NCBI GenBank assembly: GCA_035084275.1
Contig: CM068755.1
Span: 12,772,001-12,836,000, forward strand
Direction: 5' to 3'
Source: Hydrolagus colliei
Lineage: Eukaryota
Length of the DNA stretch: 64,000 nt
Shown: one piece after another, positions 1 through 12,491 of the stretch
Layout: every line of letters starts with the position of its first letter
Position numbering within the stretch: position 1 is the first letter of the stretch
Program-made: the position numbers and the translations under genes
Notes under the pieces: generated by a model
Seen by the model: only the letters and a program-made list of their open reading frames with translations
Told to the model about the DNA's origin: nothing
Database searches by the model: none

Positions 1-296
1 CTGTTTCTGTTCCTCGTGGCTTCATTCTACACTTGGCGATATCTTTACTCACGAAAAAGTCAGAGAAACATTTTTTTGAAATGCTTACAATAGACTTGCT
101 ATTAGGTACAAAATAACTGATTGCTCTGTCACAGGGAGAAAGAGCAGAGCCTTCATGTTTAAAGAAGGCAATCAAAAACGTGCATGAATTTCAGCAATAA
201 AGCAATACATGTGTGTGATCAATAGTAATAATGCAAAATAAATGATTGTATCTCAGAAGACTTGTTCGATATCTGAATTATCAGATTATCTGAACT

Positions 297-363
297 GTTA
301 GCCTGGCTCAGTTAGTGGCATTCTTGCCACTGAGTCAGAAGGTTGTGTGTTGAAGCCCCCACC
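297..363 (+). mobile_element. 5' tRNA-like head fragment of a SacSINE1/Deu-SINE-like element
   Basis: GTTAGCCTGGCTCAGTTAGTGGCATTCTTGCCACTGAGTCAGAAGGTTGTGTGTTGAAGCCCC has an A-box (TGGCTCAGTTAG) and a degenerate B-box. It matches the reverse complement of the heads at 7065-7124 and 62455-62523. Confidence 0.7.
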
Positions 364-1333
364 CACACAAATAATCTTGTTCTTCTTAAAATTATATGAT
401 GTTCATAGAATGGCTTAATCATTTCTTAAATTAGGTGTGTCCAAACTCAAATGTATTTACTAAGAGTGATGACTCGTTCCTTGGCAGGATTAGAAATGCT
501 TATCCCAATTTTACGAAGATTAAGTGATTTGGGAAAGGAAGGCTTTAAACTGAGCGAGTAGTTAAAAAATATCTTTCTCAATTGTCTTACTAAAATCCAT
601 TATTTGAAGCTCACCAAAGGTCTGAAGTTTAAAGATAAACCACCAGATTAACATTTCCAAATTGTTTACACACAGGAAAGATTGAAATCTTGCTGAAATG
701 ACACAAAAAAAACATTCTTTACACTATCACAGCATGTGACACATTGCATTCGCTGCTGGGTAGTCCTTCACTCCCCAGTTACAAATTGAGAGGCAATCTG
801 AAAACAATTTATAATTTCAATACAAAGGGAGTCCTTTGTTTTATTTTTAAAAAAGCTTTTTGACAGCTCTTTACTGCAACACTGTTCCTGGGAATCTAAT
901 AAATGGAATATTCATCAGTGATAATGAAGTGCTTCTTTTATCATTAAAAGATGCTGAGTGGTAACGGTTTATTACAGGCCATGAACTCAATACTGGCAAA
1001 TTTCATAAGGCCCAGACCTGGAGGCAATGAGCCAAGATCCCACAGACACTGAGTATGTGTGTGGGTGTGGCGGGTGGTTGGTAGTGGGGGAAAGAGAGAG
1101 AGAGTTGTGCAACAGAGAAGAGGATTAAGAATTATTAATATATCAATCAAATTATCATTTTTCAACCAACAACGAGTATATGTTTATTCATTAAATACAT
1201 TTCACCATATGTAAAGACAAATCACTTTTAAAGGACAAATGTCAATTTCACAACAGCGGCTCTTTTACAAAACAATATTAAGCTGAAATGTCTGCATAAT
1301 TTCTGAGTTTAGCTAGTCATTGTCCAGAGGTTC

Positions 1334-1397
1334 ATGATGATGATGATAATAATCCTTGCATTTGATATAGCGTTGTTGAGATGTCTCAAAGGACTTC
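1334..1397 (-). mobile_element. 3' tail fragment of the (ATT)n-tailed tRNA SINE
   Basis: AATAATCCTTGCATTTGATATAGCGTT...AGATGTCTCAAAG is the same tail as in the copy at 1600-1824. Confidence 0.75.
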
Positions 1398-1599
1398 TCA
1401 GGATTTCACCGCTCGCTACCATTCCGAGACTAGGGGACCATATAAGTATGAGTTTTTGTTGTGGTATAATGACTGTGTGCACATAAGCTAAAGCAACAGA
1501 CAATCTGTGCACAGATGCTCGTCCAAATACTTTATTTTGAAGAATGCATCTCTGTAGCTTGCAGATCAGTCAATTATGTGATTGGTTTATATTCATTGC

Positions 1600-1824
1600 A
1601 ATAATAATAATAATAATAACAGTAATAATCCTTGCATTTGATATAGCGTTTTTCATGTCTTCTAGATGTCTCAAAGTGCTTCATAGAATACACTGTAAAG
1701 TGAATTGACTGTATATTTGTGGGAAACTTGCCCAAGGTTTTGCCCTGCCTGGAATCCAACCCTGCCTGGAATCAAGTCTCTCGCTTGTAAAACGAGTGCT
1801 GTAACCACTGAGCTACAGGACTCC
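1600..1824 (-). mobile_element. tRNA-derived SINE (young family, internally deleted copy)
   Basis: The reverse complement starts GGAGTCCTGTAGCTCAGTGGTTACAGCACTCG (tRNA head, A-box) and ends ...AAACGCTATATCAAATGCAAGG(ATT)n. It has an internal duplication of CCCTGCCTGGAATC and is homologous to the copies at 10565, 19642 and 44781. Confidence 0.9.
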
Positions 1825-4354
1825 ATGCAATGAATCTCTATTCCATCTGTTGCACCAATCGTTTGTTTTGTGTGGCTAAAAATGAACTCAACGCCAGGTG
1901 AGAGTTCAATCATGTTTGGCAGAGGGAAAATAAAACTTATGAAGGACGACAAGCAATCCAGACTGTGACATCTAGTGAGCAGTCAGGACTCACGTACACT
2001 TGAACACTACCATGCTCTGTCCCACCAGGGCATCAGGTAGAATGTACATTAATTAGCCTTCAATTACATCTGAATTGGAGAGACAGCAAGATAAATCAGC
2101 ATGAGGTACCAATTCAGCCCTGATGCAACTGACACCCCTCTCATTCCATTTGATGCGTATTCCCCCTCCCCTTCACACCCCTCACCCCCCCACCCTCCAC
2201 TCGCTTACAAATTAATTTACAAGTACTTGATAGGTGACCTTATTTGCTTAGTAACTGTAGATTCATTTATCTTTAAATTAGTAGGTAATGAAGTGGAAAA
2301 CCACAGTTGTTTGGGACCAACAATCCTCCTGCTAGTTAACATGATAATAAGATTGCTTTGTTGCGTGGGTACAATTAGCATTTATCTGCTGCGAGAAGAG
2401 ATCAATAAAATGCCCGAGGGTGTCACGTCACAAGAATCTGGCTAGAGACAAGGCTTGTCATGCTCACTGCCACAAAGCAGATCTGCAGTCCTAACATGTG
2501 GCCACTCCATCAGACCTCCATGGGTGCATAGGAGTGACATCACCCATTTTTCTACTCAAGTGCCTTTAGTCTAATGACAGAAATAAATTTGACATGGTTC
2601 ATAGCAGGTAATCTTTCTGTGTTATCTTAACCTCTGGACATCAGTCTCTCTTGACCCGGGCCTTTTGTTTTTGTCCGCTGATTGTTTTTCTCTTCCTCTC
2701 TTGTTTTGTTGTAATAGTTATATAAAACATTGTTATCCAGTTTTACAGCTCTGAATTTAATGAGTGAAGGGAGCGTGGTAGGGGAAAACAAATTCTCTCC
2801 AGTTGTGCCTAGTCCTTCAGATAAAAGATTTCTGATTTACTGTTATTCTTCTAAAAACAATATGGGCACTTCACAAATCATTTACCTTGGCCTGTAATTT
2901 GATAAACCTCTACACACTTAGACAGGTAGGTCTCCGGACAGCCGTTCCTATTCTAGGTTGATAGGATTAGTCTAACATATGGATTTTTAGCCACTCTCTA
3001 ATGAGCTGGGATGATAGATCTACAACGAACACTTTTGAGTTGGCCCAGCCTTGCGGCTTGATTGATGAAATTATATTCAAAACTGGTAGTTAAAACAATC
3101 TGGTGACTTCAAAGGCATTTGAGCTTGTTCCCGTAGTGAAGCATGCCTCCGTAGGACATATCAGGGTGTGCTATTTGTATCACGCTCTCCCCACCCCCCC
3201 ACACCCTGACTGCTCAAGTGCTTCACAAATTGACCGGGGTTGCCTGTGAGATAACAACGGTTCGTTTTGATTAATTGTACGGGAGAATTAATGTTGGATT
3301 GCAACTTTAGCAGAACTTGCCCTTTAGTGACCTGCAGCTGTCTGTTTGGATAGTTGCTCGTACTTTTGACCAATAGGCAGCACAAGGTCAATCAGTGGTC
3401 AACTTTATTTTTTTTTAATTTCCCCCCAGTGAGGTAGAGGTAACATTTGCATCCAGCTTTGTGTGAAAAAAACAGTCCAGAAATGGAACCAAATTAAGGA
3501 ATGCAGGTTTGCCTGGACACATGTAAACAATTAGGAAGCGATGGGATTTGAGATGCTGATTTCCTTGCAGCTCAAACTGAGATGTGTCGATGGAGTCAAA
3601 TTGATCTTTGACAAACTCTTACACCTGTATTGACTCTTGCCTTCTGCGTTTTTTTGCAAAGCAAAAGTGAGCAAAGTGAAATATTTCCAATCCTCCTGAA
3701 TATTTTCTTAACTCTGTGGAATGATTTCTGTGACTAGAAACAAATTATAAATGAGAAGCAGAAACAAAGAACTTGTAAATTAAATGTTGAGACACAAAGA
3801 TGAGCCAGAGATTCCTTTGAACTGAGACTATACGCAACATCTGCTGAGATTTAGTCACAGGCTGGAAAACAGAGAGAATCTCAGATGAGGGGAGTTTGTG
3901 CGAGTCTGTAACATAATCAGAAGGTTCTGATGATGTGATTAACCACAAGGGTGAAGCTCAAGCAGTTTGTAAGGTCATAGGAACCCAGAGATTGGGTTAC
4001 AGTCCACAACTAGCGGACGCATAGTTAAAACGTTTTATGTGATTTACGTCGAAATAATCTCTGTGAAAGTAATCTTTTACTGTCTTAACTATGACTCTCT
4101 CTCACACGTTGAGGCTGCAAACAGTTATTTATTAGCAGTCCATTTTCTCACGAGGTGAAGAAGGAAGAGTTGCATTTAGCAGCAAAAGTATTCCTATCAA
4201 GAATGTTGAGAGAGGAACAGGAGATTTTCCTGGGAAACAATTATTTTGTCCTACATTGTTTAGAGCTACTGAAAGATCTTTGATAAAATTGTAACAACTT
4301 GTTTCTCCCAATAGTCCAACAGGTTTGTTCAGTGAGTAGATTGATCTGTAACAT

Positions 4355-4640
4355 TCAGACAGGTTAGGTTTCTGGTTTGATCTCTGGAGGGAGTTGCATT
4401 CGCTGATCGCTGATCCTAGTCTGGGTAGCACTAGAGGCAATACTTGGTGACCTGAGATAAAAAAGAGAAAACCAGTAGGTTTCCCATTCCTGAATACTAT
4501 CCAGCAAAGCGCTGGTGCAGACAGCATGGGTGGATGTCAGGTTAGGACAAGCTTAGGGTTGGTCTCAACTGCCCCTGTGATTAAATGTTGTTGAGATTGT
4601 CACATAAATTATGGAAGCTTGGGTTAAATATAGGGGGAAC
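4355..4640 (+). mobile_element. old diverged SINE-like interspersed repeat (family not named)
   Basis: It shares ordered motifs with 14690-14955 and 62775-62940: GCTGAT..AG, AAA..CAG.TAGGTTTCC, GATGTCA.GT.AGGACA and TG.TTAAAT. It resembles a common chondrichthyan repeat as I recall it. Boundaries are approximate. Confidence 0.55.
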
Positions 4641-4769
4641 TACATTTGACGAAAGGTAAGTCAAGAGAGGAAAATACATTTGATATCCTTTAAAATAAAG
4701 TAGCAATAACTATTAACTAAAAAGTTAATATCTCATTATAATTTGAAATGTAACAAAATAGAATTTCAT

Positions 4770-4820
4770 AACAACAACAATACATTTGTAGAGTGACTTT
4801 CACGTCGGGAAGACGTCCAA
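4770..4820 (-). mobile_element. L2 LINE 3' tail fragment
   Basis: (ACA)n followed by TACATTTGTAGAG..ACTTTCACGTCGGGAAGACGTCCAAG matches the terminus of the L2 at 37059-37125. Confidence 0.75.
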
Positions 4821-5129
4821 GAAGAGGTTCCCATCAGGTAAGTGGTGGATTCTGCTCTGAAATTGAGGCCCGGAGTCTGATGATTTCAAAGACATTTGGG
4901 TCAGATTTAACTCAGTTTTCCTCACTCTGCATCTTCTAGCCATTTATGGTTAAGCTGTGTGGGACCGAAAAAAACTGGGATGGCATAGTTTTGTCTTACG
5001 AAAGATGATTCTAGAACAGCCTTGTTGCTCTTATGGAAAAATCCTCAGGCACAAGCTTCTCGTTCTTCAGGCTGAAAGAGAAATGCCAAAGCAGGAGATA
5101 ACTGTAGCAGAATTCAAAAGTGGGAGAAA

Positions 5130-5167
5130 AATAATAATAATAATAATCCTTGTATTTGATATTGCGT
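5130..5167 (-). mobile_element. extreme 3' tail of the (ATT)n SINE
   Basis: (AAT)6 followed by CCTTGTATTTGATATTGCG. Confidence 0.65.
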
Positions 5168-6698
5168 CTTATCAGGGACACTGCTGCATCCAAATCTAAT
5201 CTTACCACCCAGCTTCCAAAAAAACAACTTCAGGCTTCAATTGCACATAACGGAAACACTCCCGTGTTTGGTTTCCACAATTCAAGCCACTAATAAATAA
5301 AAGTCTGTTAATATGCAAGCTGTGGAATAATATTTTGTGAGCTTAAACACATAAGATGACAAACAGCCCTTGCAATTTCATGAATTTCACCATCAAGCTT
5401 TGGAAGACAAATGCGTGGAATTATGGAAAGGCTTGCACATTCAATACATTAGTTGCTAGTCAGAATAAGTCATTTTCAAGTTAACCAAAATAAGAACATT
5501 ACGCAGCTTTTTAAGATAACCTATAACATTTACAGCAACATCCCGAAGGCAGGGAGTTGCACTCTAGGGTAAACAAACATTCTCGTGAAAATGCGCTTAA
5601 CCTTCTGTCTTTAACTACAGTTAAACTGTTTGACCTGACCCCTGAAAAGTACATAAAAACATTGGTTAATAGCTTTAATATTAACTCATTCACTACAAGA
5701 GGCAGAAAGGGGAGTGGGGGTGGTGTGTGTGGTGGGGAGGTGGGAGCGGTCTCCTGCAGTATTAGACCTGGTGGAAAGTGAAAACATATCACAGCTTTTT
5801 AACAGGATTTCTTTTAACAACATCAAAGGCAGAGCTTTTAAACCTGTCAGATCCTCAACTTTTCAAGACAATTGAGTAAAGGTGCTGATTTCTCTCCTGC
5901 CCCCTCTCTCTTTCTTTCTGTCTCCCTCTATGGTTTACGTAAGTTGGATTTTAAAAGGAAAAACGTCTTTCCCCCCCACCCCCACCCAAAAAAACCCACA
6001 GAATCCAAAACATCTGGCATCATTAATAGCCCTTTACATGTAGTGTTCTACCTTTTTTTCCCCTCTCCATTCTTCACATTTATTATGTATTCTCCAAAGC
6101 CCCAGGAAAAAAAAACAATTCCCCACTTTTCCCCTACACATGGTATTCATTTCCACGTGGGCCCCTCCAGTCAGAGAAGGGGAAAAAAAACTCTGGGTTT
6201 TTCTAAAGCAGCGCCATTTTGGGCAGTTAGAAGGAGGTGTGATTTAAATGGGAGACGGCAGCTTTTCCCTCCTCTCTCCACTTTGCAATGTTTCTCGCTT
6301 CCAACACATCAGTCAATCCAGTGGACTAGCTGAGAACTGATTACTAGCAGAGAACCTAGCTAGAATAAGATTTAGCCTCAGGACAAATGGGGATGGGGAA
6401 AAAAAAGGGCATACGGTCACCTATTTACTGTGAGCTCCAGAAAAAGTAAGGATGTTGGGGCCTTTCGTGATTTTATTAAACTCAGCTTGTAAACAAATTT
6501 CACCCAACTGAGAGAATTTGTTCAGATGTAATTTCAATCACTCAAAAACAGCTGTCACATTGACAATGAGCATCCACTGAATGGTTTTCAATAACAAATG
6601 ATATTATTTCTCAACTCTTGCAAAGTGGCATCTAGTTGTTCATTCAGTTGTAAATCTCTCCCTTTTGAGTTAAACAGAAAGCATGTAAGCTTGATGAT

Positions 6699-7124
6699 TA
6701 ATAACAATAATGATATAATAATTTAATATAGTATGTTTATTGTCTTAACATCTCAAAACACTTAGTTTTCTGTAAAGTACAGTGATTTAAATTTGTAGGT
6801 ATATTCAGAGACCAATTTATGAAGAGCGATATCCCACAAATAGCCATTAAGTTAATAACAGTGTTTTTTTCAGAGAATTGTTGGCCAGGACACTGGAAGA
6901 AACTCCCATATCTTTTTGAATAGTACTATTGGATCTTTTCCATCCATTTGAACAGGCAGATGGGTTCTTGTTTTAACCTCTCATTTGATGACCTCCAATA
7001 ATGCAGCGCTCTACCAACACTGCACTGAATTATTAGCCTAGTAGGCTCAAGGTCCTGAGGTAGGGATTGAACACAGATCCTTCTGACACAGAGGCGAGGG
7101 TGCTACCAACTGGGTCAGGCTGAC
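6699..7124 (-). mobile_element. near full-length SacSINE1-like Deu-domain SINE (diverged)
   Basis: On the minus strand: tRNA head GTCAGCCTGACCCAGTTGGTAGCACCCTCGCCTCTGTGTCAGAAGG, then the Deu-domain motifs ATGAGAGGTTAAA...CCATCTGCCTGTTC...AAAAGATCCAATAG...ATTCAAAAAGA...AGTGTCCTGGCCAA, then TTTGTGGGA and an L2-like tail. Confidence 0.85.
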
Positions 7125-9729
7125 ATCAACCGATTGAACCAGGTGGATAAATACTTTCAATGTAAGTTGCTTTTTAATTTGGGATGTATGTGTAATTCAA
7201 TGCTTTAGGTTAGATGCATATCCTAAGCCTACATTCCTGAATTATTTCTACTATTTGGTTTAGAATTCTGACTGGTCCAAGTTATAACACAACATGTTTG
7301 CTTGGACAAAGAATGTATTTGTCCTTGACTTGCATTTGGTCACTAACATTAGATAATCTCTAAAACGCAAGAGAAAGTGCAGTTTATCTTAAGTGTTTAC
7401 TAAGAGCCGCTTTGCAAAAACAAAGTTTAAGTAAATTTGCAGCACAATTTTCTACTTTTAAAAAAAAAACCTTCTGGGTATTTTCAGTTTATAGGAGATT
7501 TCACTCAAAGAGAAATACAAAACAATGGTTTAAATGGCACCAACATAGTGAGAATTTTGCTTGCCTTGCTCACATTTATTACTCTAATAGAAATTTACAA
7601 CCCTCTATAATCCGGCAGAAATACAAAATTTCAGATGACCCAATGTCATCAAAATATGAGATATATTATCTTTCATTAATGAGTAAATCCAATTAAAGCA
7701 GTAACCAGCACAAATTAACTGTCACTTTTGCCTGATTATTTTTCATTTTTTGAAGAGCATCCAGATATACATGTGAATAGTAGTGGTATAAGAGTAGATT
7801 GTTCTGGTTGAATTCATGCAATTGCCTGTCCAGTATAGGGAAAGAAAGAGTTAATGGCACAAATGGAACAGCCCATTTTCAGGTATGGCCTTTTGATTCC
7901 CCCACCCACCCCTACCCCACTCCCCTCCTGAACAAGTTAGGTGCACAGATGTTCAGATGTTCAACTCAATTTTTAACTTTTCCAGTCATTATGAATTAGA
8001 TAATGAGAGATCTGAAAGGTGCAGCAAAATTAGGGAATTACTGGTTGATTTTAACCAGATGATTATTCCAGTTGGACTCCAGAGATCTTTAATTAGAGGG
8101 CACAATTTATAAGCCATTCACTGCATTCCAAGCTACACAGCCTCCCCCAGCTCCTGAGCAATGCCAACCCATGGTCTGCAAGTAAGATCTTAACTGAGAT
8201 GCTTTAATCAGTAAATCAAGAATTTGCAAGATCATAATCTCAAAGAAATTACCGAAAGGAAATAGCCTTGGGTGAAAAACTGCTGACACAACCTCACTAT
8301 TTTGAAACGAAAGTATAACAAGCAAATATTGTTTCACAGCTGGGTCAAATAGATCTTCATTTGTGCAAAATAATTACTAACAGAGCACATTTAGCCAGCT
8401 GCAGAGTTCAAGCCTAAATTAAGGTGCTTAGTTCCCCCCTCCAGGCATTCTATCTGAAAAAAATCTTCTGAATTTTGGAAGTTCTTGGTCTTGCATTTGT
8501 TGGCAACTGCTGTGACCATTCACAAAAGCTGTTCTTTTTAAGATACTGTGCAAAAGTCATCATGCTGCAAATATTCTAACTTCAATGTGCTTACATGTGA
8601 AAGCATTTGCTTGCTATTAAGAAGGTAATGCAAGATTAACAGGTGAACATGTTTTGAACAGAAAGACTACACATTCCGAAGGCTTTATTGGAAATGTCTA
8701 ATCTATTCCAGTACACTGAAAGTGTTGTGTGACTGGATTAGAGAGCTGGCAAATTTAGAACTGTTGCTATGCCAAATGTTCGATCCAATGTGGGGGTATC
8801 CCTGAGGGTGGGTGGTTATAGCAACTATAGATCATTCAGCTCATGTTCACCAATAGTGCAAACTTTCAAAAGCATGATAATGCTCATGTGGTCATTTTTA
8901 CAATCACCCGATACAGCAAAGGATAATTGTTAAAACCTTTACAAAGTTATACATGTTTTCTTGAAATGGTTGATTGTGTGTATCAAAGGGGGTTGCATTT
9001 CACATTACATCATTGCCTCACTCAGTCAGGGTCAGTGGCTGACTTCAGGCTTTTTTTCCTGGTTACTATACGTAATCAGTTCAAACAGACCTTTGAGGGA
9101 TTAACATTAACTGATGTGCATTTAAATAATTAGGAACAATAAATGGTGCACTAAAATCTGTTTTATAAAATTGTGTTGGAAAATTTCAAACTTGCTTTGC
9201 CAGCAGCATTAATCGGAGCACAGCTCAAATTAAATTAATCCATTTCAAGTCGTTCACAATAATAGAAACATCAAATAAAATTCTGAACACAGAGGACCAT
9301 TTGACCCATCGTATCCATGCCCCTATAATGAAGTAAGTTATTTTAAAATGTGATGAACAACATAATTTTTCTGTGGGACTACTCATAAAGCAGAGAAGAC
9401 AACATGAGAACAGATAAACCTTTTTTCTTTGTCAGCTAATGTGACCTAACGTGTAACATATTGATGGGTCAGAAGCATTGAATGCTGCTTCTCATCAGTC
9501 TGAACTCTATTCATCAATGCCTGCCGATGTGTCAGACAGTGTTGTGTTATCATAAGATAATAAACAGTGAAAGAAAGAAAGGATTAGCTTTGGTCTATTT
9601 CTAAACCAAAGTCCAATCATAACAAAAAAAAGTAGTGATGATGTTCAAACATTCAGTTAATGGTGTCTAACATAACTGTTAGGATCTCATGATATAATTC
9701 GATGCCTGAAAGCTTTTTGGACCCATAGG

Positions 9730-9975
9730 AGATTCAAGACAGCGAGGGTCTGTTAAAATCAGCTTGTGATGAAAACCATCTATTTGAATTGAAGATCTAG
9801 ATGTTTTTCCATAGACGGAATGGAATAATGAGTCTAACAGGTGTAACAACAAGGGTTGCATATGCAACTGGAATGATTCTGGCACTGCTATGTAATTCAA
9901 GATGGAGAGGCATTGAGGGAAAAATGTCCACAAAACTGGTGGCTGAGAAACTGATCAATGGCATTCCATCATTAC
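9730..9975 (-). pseudogene. possible ancient non-LTR (CR1/L2-like) reverse transcriptase remnant
   Basis: The minus frames splice into DGMP..SFVDIFPQCL....VPESFQLA..VVTPV...NRPSLS, resembling the RT motif PDGIP..L..IF..SL..G.VP..WK.A.VTPV..NYRPISL. Several frameshifts are needed. Confidence 0.25.
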
Positions 9976-10265
9976 AAGTGAACCACAGGTAACAATTGAA
10001 CAAATCTATTGATTTAATTCAGAAGGCCTCTCTCAGATAAAGTACCTCACGGTGCAAAGTTCTTTCTTAGGGTGCTACCACTCACAAGAGGTGATTTTCC
10101 CTACATCTTCTGTAAAATAAAATTCTATTGTTTGCAATAAATGATTTACTTACTCCATATGCATCTGTTTACCCAGCAGTAAGTAGGAACCTGGATGTTA
10201 GTCAATTGGCGGTTGCTTTATCAAGTGTAATATTTCCTTAAAATTTTTTATAATAAATTGCTTAC

Positions 10266-10431
10266 TCAATCCATGATTGTTTATGGGACACTGCTGTCAC
10301 AGTTTGATGCCATGTTTCACCCACAACATATACAGTCAGTTCATTTTACAGCATATTTTGTGCAACACTTTGAGACTTCTCGAAGATGTGACAAAAACGT
10401 GGTATATCAAATGGAAGAATTATTATTATTA
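10266..10431 (+). mobile_element. 3' half of the (ATT)n tRNA SINE
   Basis: TCAATCCATGATTGTTTATGGGACACTGCTGT...CCCACAACATATACAGTCAGTTCA...TATATCAAATGGAAGA(ATT)n; homologous to 44936-45069. Confidence 0.85.
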
Positions 10432-10564
10432 AAAAACTCTTCCTCTACTTTTAATTCCTACTGGAGTAAACAAATAAAATGGAGCAAATAAGTATTGAGT
10501 CATTTTAGGATTTGATTTGCTTTGTCCATCAATAAAGTGTCCACTAAAGTCTACAGGACAAGGA

Positions 10565-10757
10565 TAATAATAAAATAATAAGAATCCTTGCATTTGATAT
10601 AACGCTTTGATATAGCGCTTTTCACATCTTCTAGATGTGGGATTATTATTACACGTGTGAAGCAAAGAAAATGACCAAGGTTTCACCCTGCTAGGATTCA
10701 AACCCAGTTCTCTTGCTTCCAAAAGCGAGCACTCTATTCACTGAGCTATAGGACTCC
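10565..10757 (-). mobile_element. tRNA-derived SINE (internally deleted copy)
   Basis: Head GGAGTCCTATAGCTCAGTGAATAGAGTGCTCGC on the minus strand, plus the (ATT)n tail, which carries a short duplication of TTTGATATA.CGC. Confidence 0.88.
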
Positions 10758-12380
10758 ACTCAGTCCTCAACTCAGATCTCAACGTAATGATCTTGTAATA
10801 TCCAATGTGTTTGGCTATTCTCAGTGACAATTATTTTACAGCACGTTTATAAGACAAACTTTGTTTGTACAATAAATATGCCTTTCCCAGTCAATCATTT
10901 TAGCAAGGGTTAGACTGAAACTTCCTGGAAGATTTTATTCTCAGACCTAATCATTAACATTACCGTTATGTTCACATTTTATTATTTTATCACGTACTCC
11001 TAAAATGAAAGGTGCTCTATAAATGTAATTTTGTTGTTCTCATTGTTCTTTTTTTGTTCACACAAAATTTGCTTCACTCCATGGCTTCCACAAGCTAGGA
11101 GAATGGAAGGATCTGGGCTAGATATGTTTTCACTATCCATTTCAATGCTTCTATTGTGAATAATCAATAAAAAGGCTTTCTCATAATAGAAGGGTGAGAT
11201 TATTTTCAGTCTCGCCCACCACCCTGCTCCCCAATCAAGGTGAAGCATCACTTCATGTAACATAGATGAGAATTGAGAAAACTAGCCCCCAACAATGCCA
11301 GAGTGGCTCAAGTATCAAGAAATCTAAGGACTTGAACTTACAGCCATCTGTTTACTAGGCAGGTGTTCTACCACCTGTCCAACCAGTCTGCCCAGAGCCA
11401 TTTTCACCCCACTTTCATTGAGATAGGGTCAGGCAGCTGTACTGCAACCCACAGTCAGCAGTATTTTAGAAGTGTGACCTCTTTCACTAAGGATGATGAC
11501 TGAAGGAGCTGTGTGTTGTACCAGTCATGATTGGAGACTGCCTCTAGCTAACATTATTTGAATAGACGTTCCTCATATTAATAGCTTGGTCAAATTGCAC
11601 AATGTTTCCTTGTAGAAATAAATATGGAACAGCCTGTCCTAAACCCTCTCAATAAAGGGATCAGTTTTGACCACATCAAATAGATTGTTGAAAAATGGAA
11701 TCATAGGTGCTGGCTTGCCTCTTTTTATCTAACCAAATGACAATCGCAGGTGAGGTTTACAGCAATCGAGTTATTAATCTTTTCACTACCTCATTACCAT
11801 TTACAATTTCATGTTGAGAATTGAGATTATATTAATCTCATATCAAACTTTTTCTAAGAATTTCTATCACGTGTTAGTGTAAGGGAGGCAGAGAAAGCCA
11901 ACAAATAATTGGCAACAAAAAACCTTTGTTCTTCTCCACCCCCAAATTAGCACCATGAATCATGTAATTCTGTCACCAGAGTGGATCAATCTGTCCTATT
12001 GGGCATACTCACAAACACTGTCAATCTGCCTCTCCATGATTACACTTGACTGCTGATGAAAGGACAATTCCCTTTAATGATCTGTAGTAAGACTTTGAAT
12101 TTGATCGCAGAAATAGTATTGCAGTGTTGAGGGAGCTGAACAAAATTATCTCCATTGTGAAATACTTGAACAATCTATAGCACAGTGTGGTAGCCAATGA
12201 ATTTGTCTATATTCCCCACATCTGGGTTCCTCATCTAGCCTATTGATGAGGGCAAGGCAATGAACAGAGACCTGAGTATTGTCCATGGGAGGTAGAATCA
12301 TTAGCCTCTGTTTGTGCACATTACAGAAACCTATAAAATTACACATCCCTGTAAGCAGCTCCCCCAGTACTAATAGTACC

Positions 12381-12491
12381 AATAATAATAATAATAATAA
12401 TGCTTGCATTTTGATAGATTGTATATTTGTGGGAGAAACGCAGCAGCCGATTGCACACAGCAGTGTCCCACAAACGTGGATTGAAATTACC
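12381..12491 (-). mobile_element. 3' part of the (ATT)n SINE, internally deleted
   Basis: (AAT)n GCTTGCATTTTGATAG joined to TGTATATTTGTGGG..AAACGCAGCAGCCGATTGCACACAGCAGTGTCCCACAAAC. Confidence 0.82.

Noticed and set aside
5872-6333. 153-aa ORF
   Set aside because: It has a non-ATG start, low-complexity translation of homopolymer tracts, no domain similarity and no convincing splice sites.
7594-8106. Old Tigger-like MITE (CCCTCTATAATCCGG ... ATTAGAGGG)
   Set aside because: The inverted match is under 10 bp and no clean TA-flanked termini are visible.
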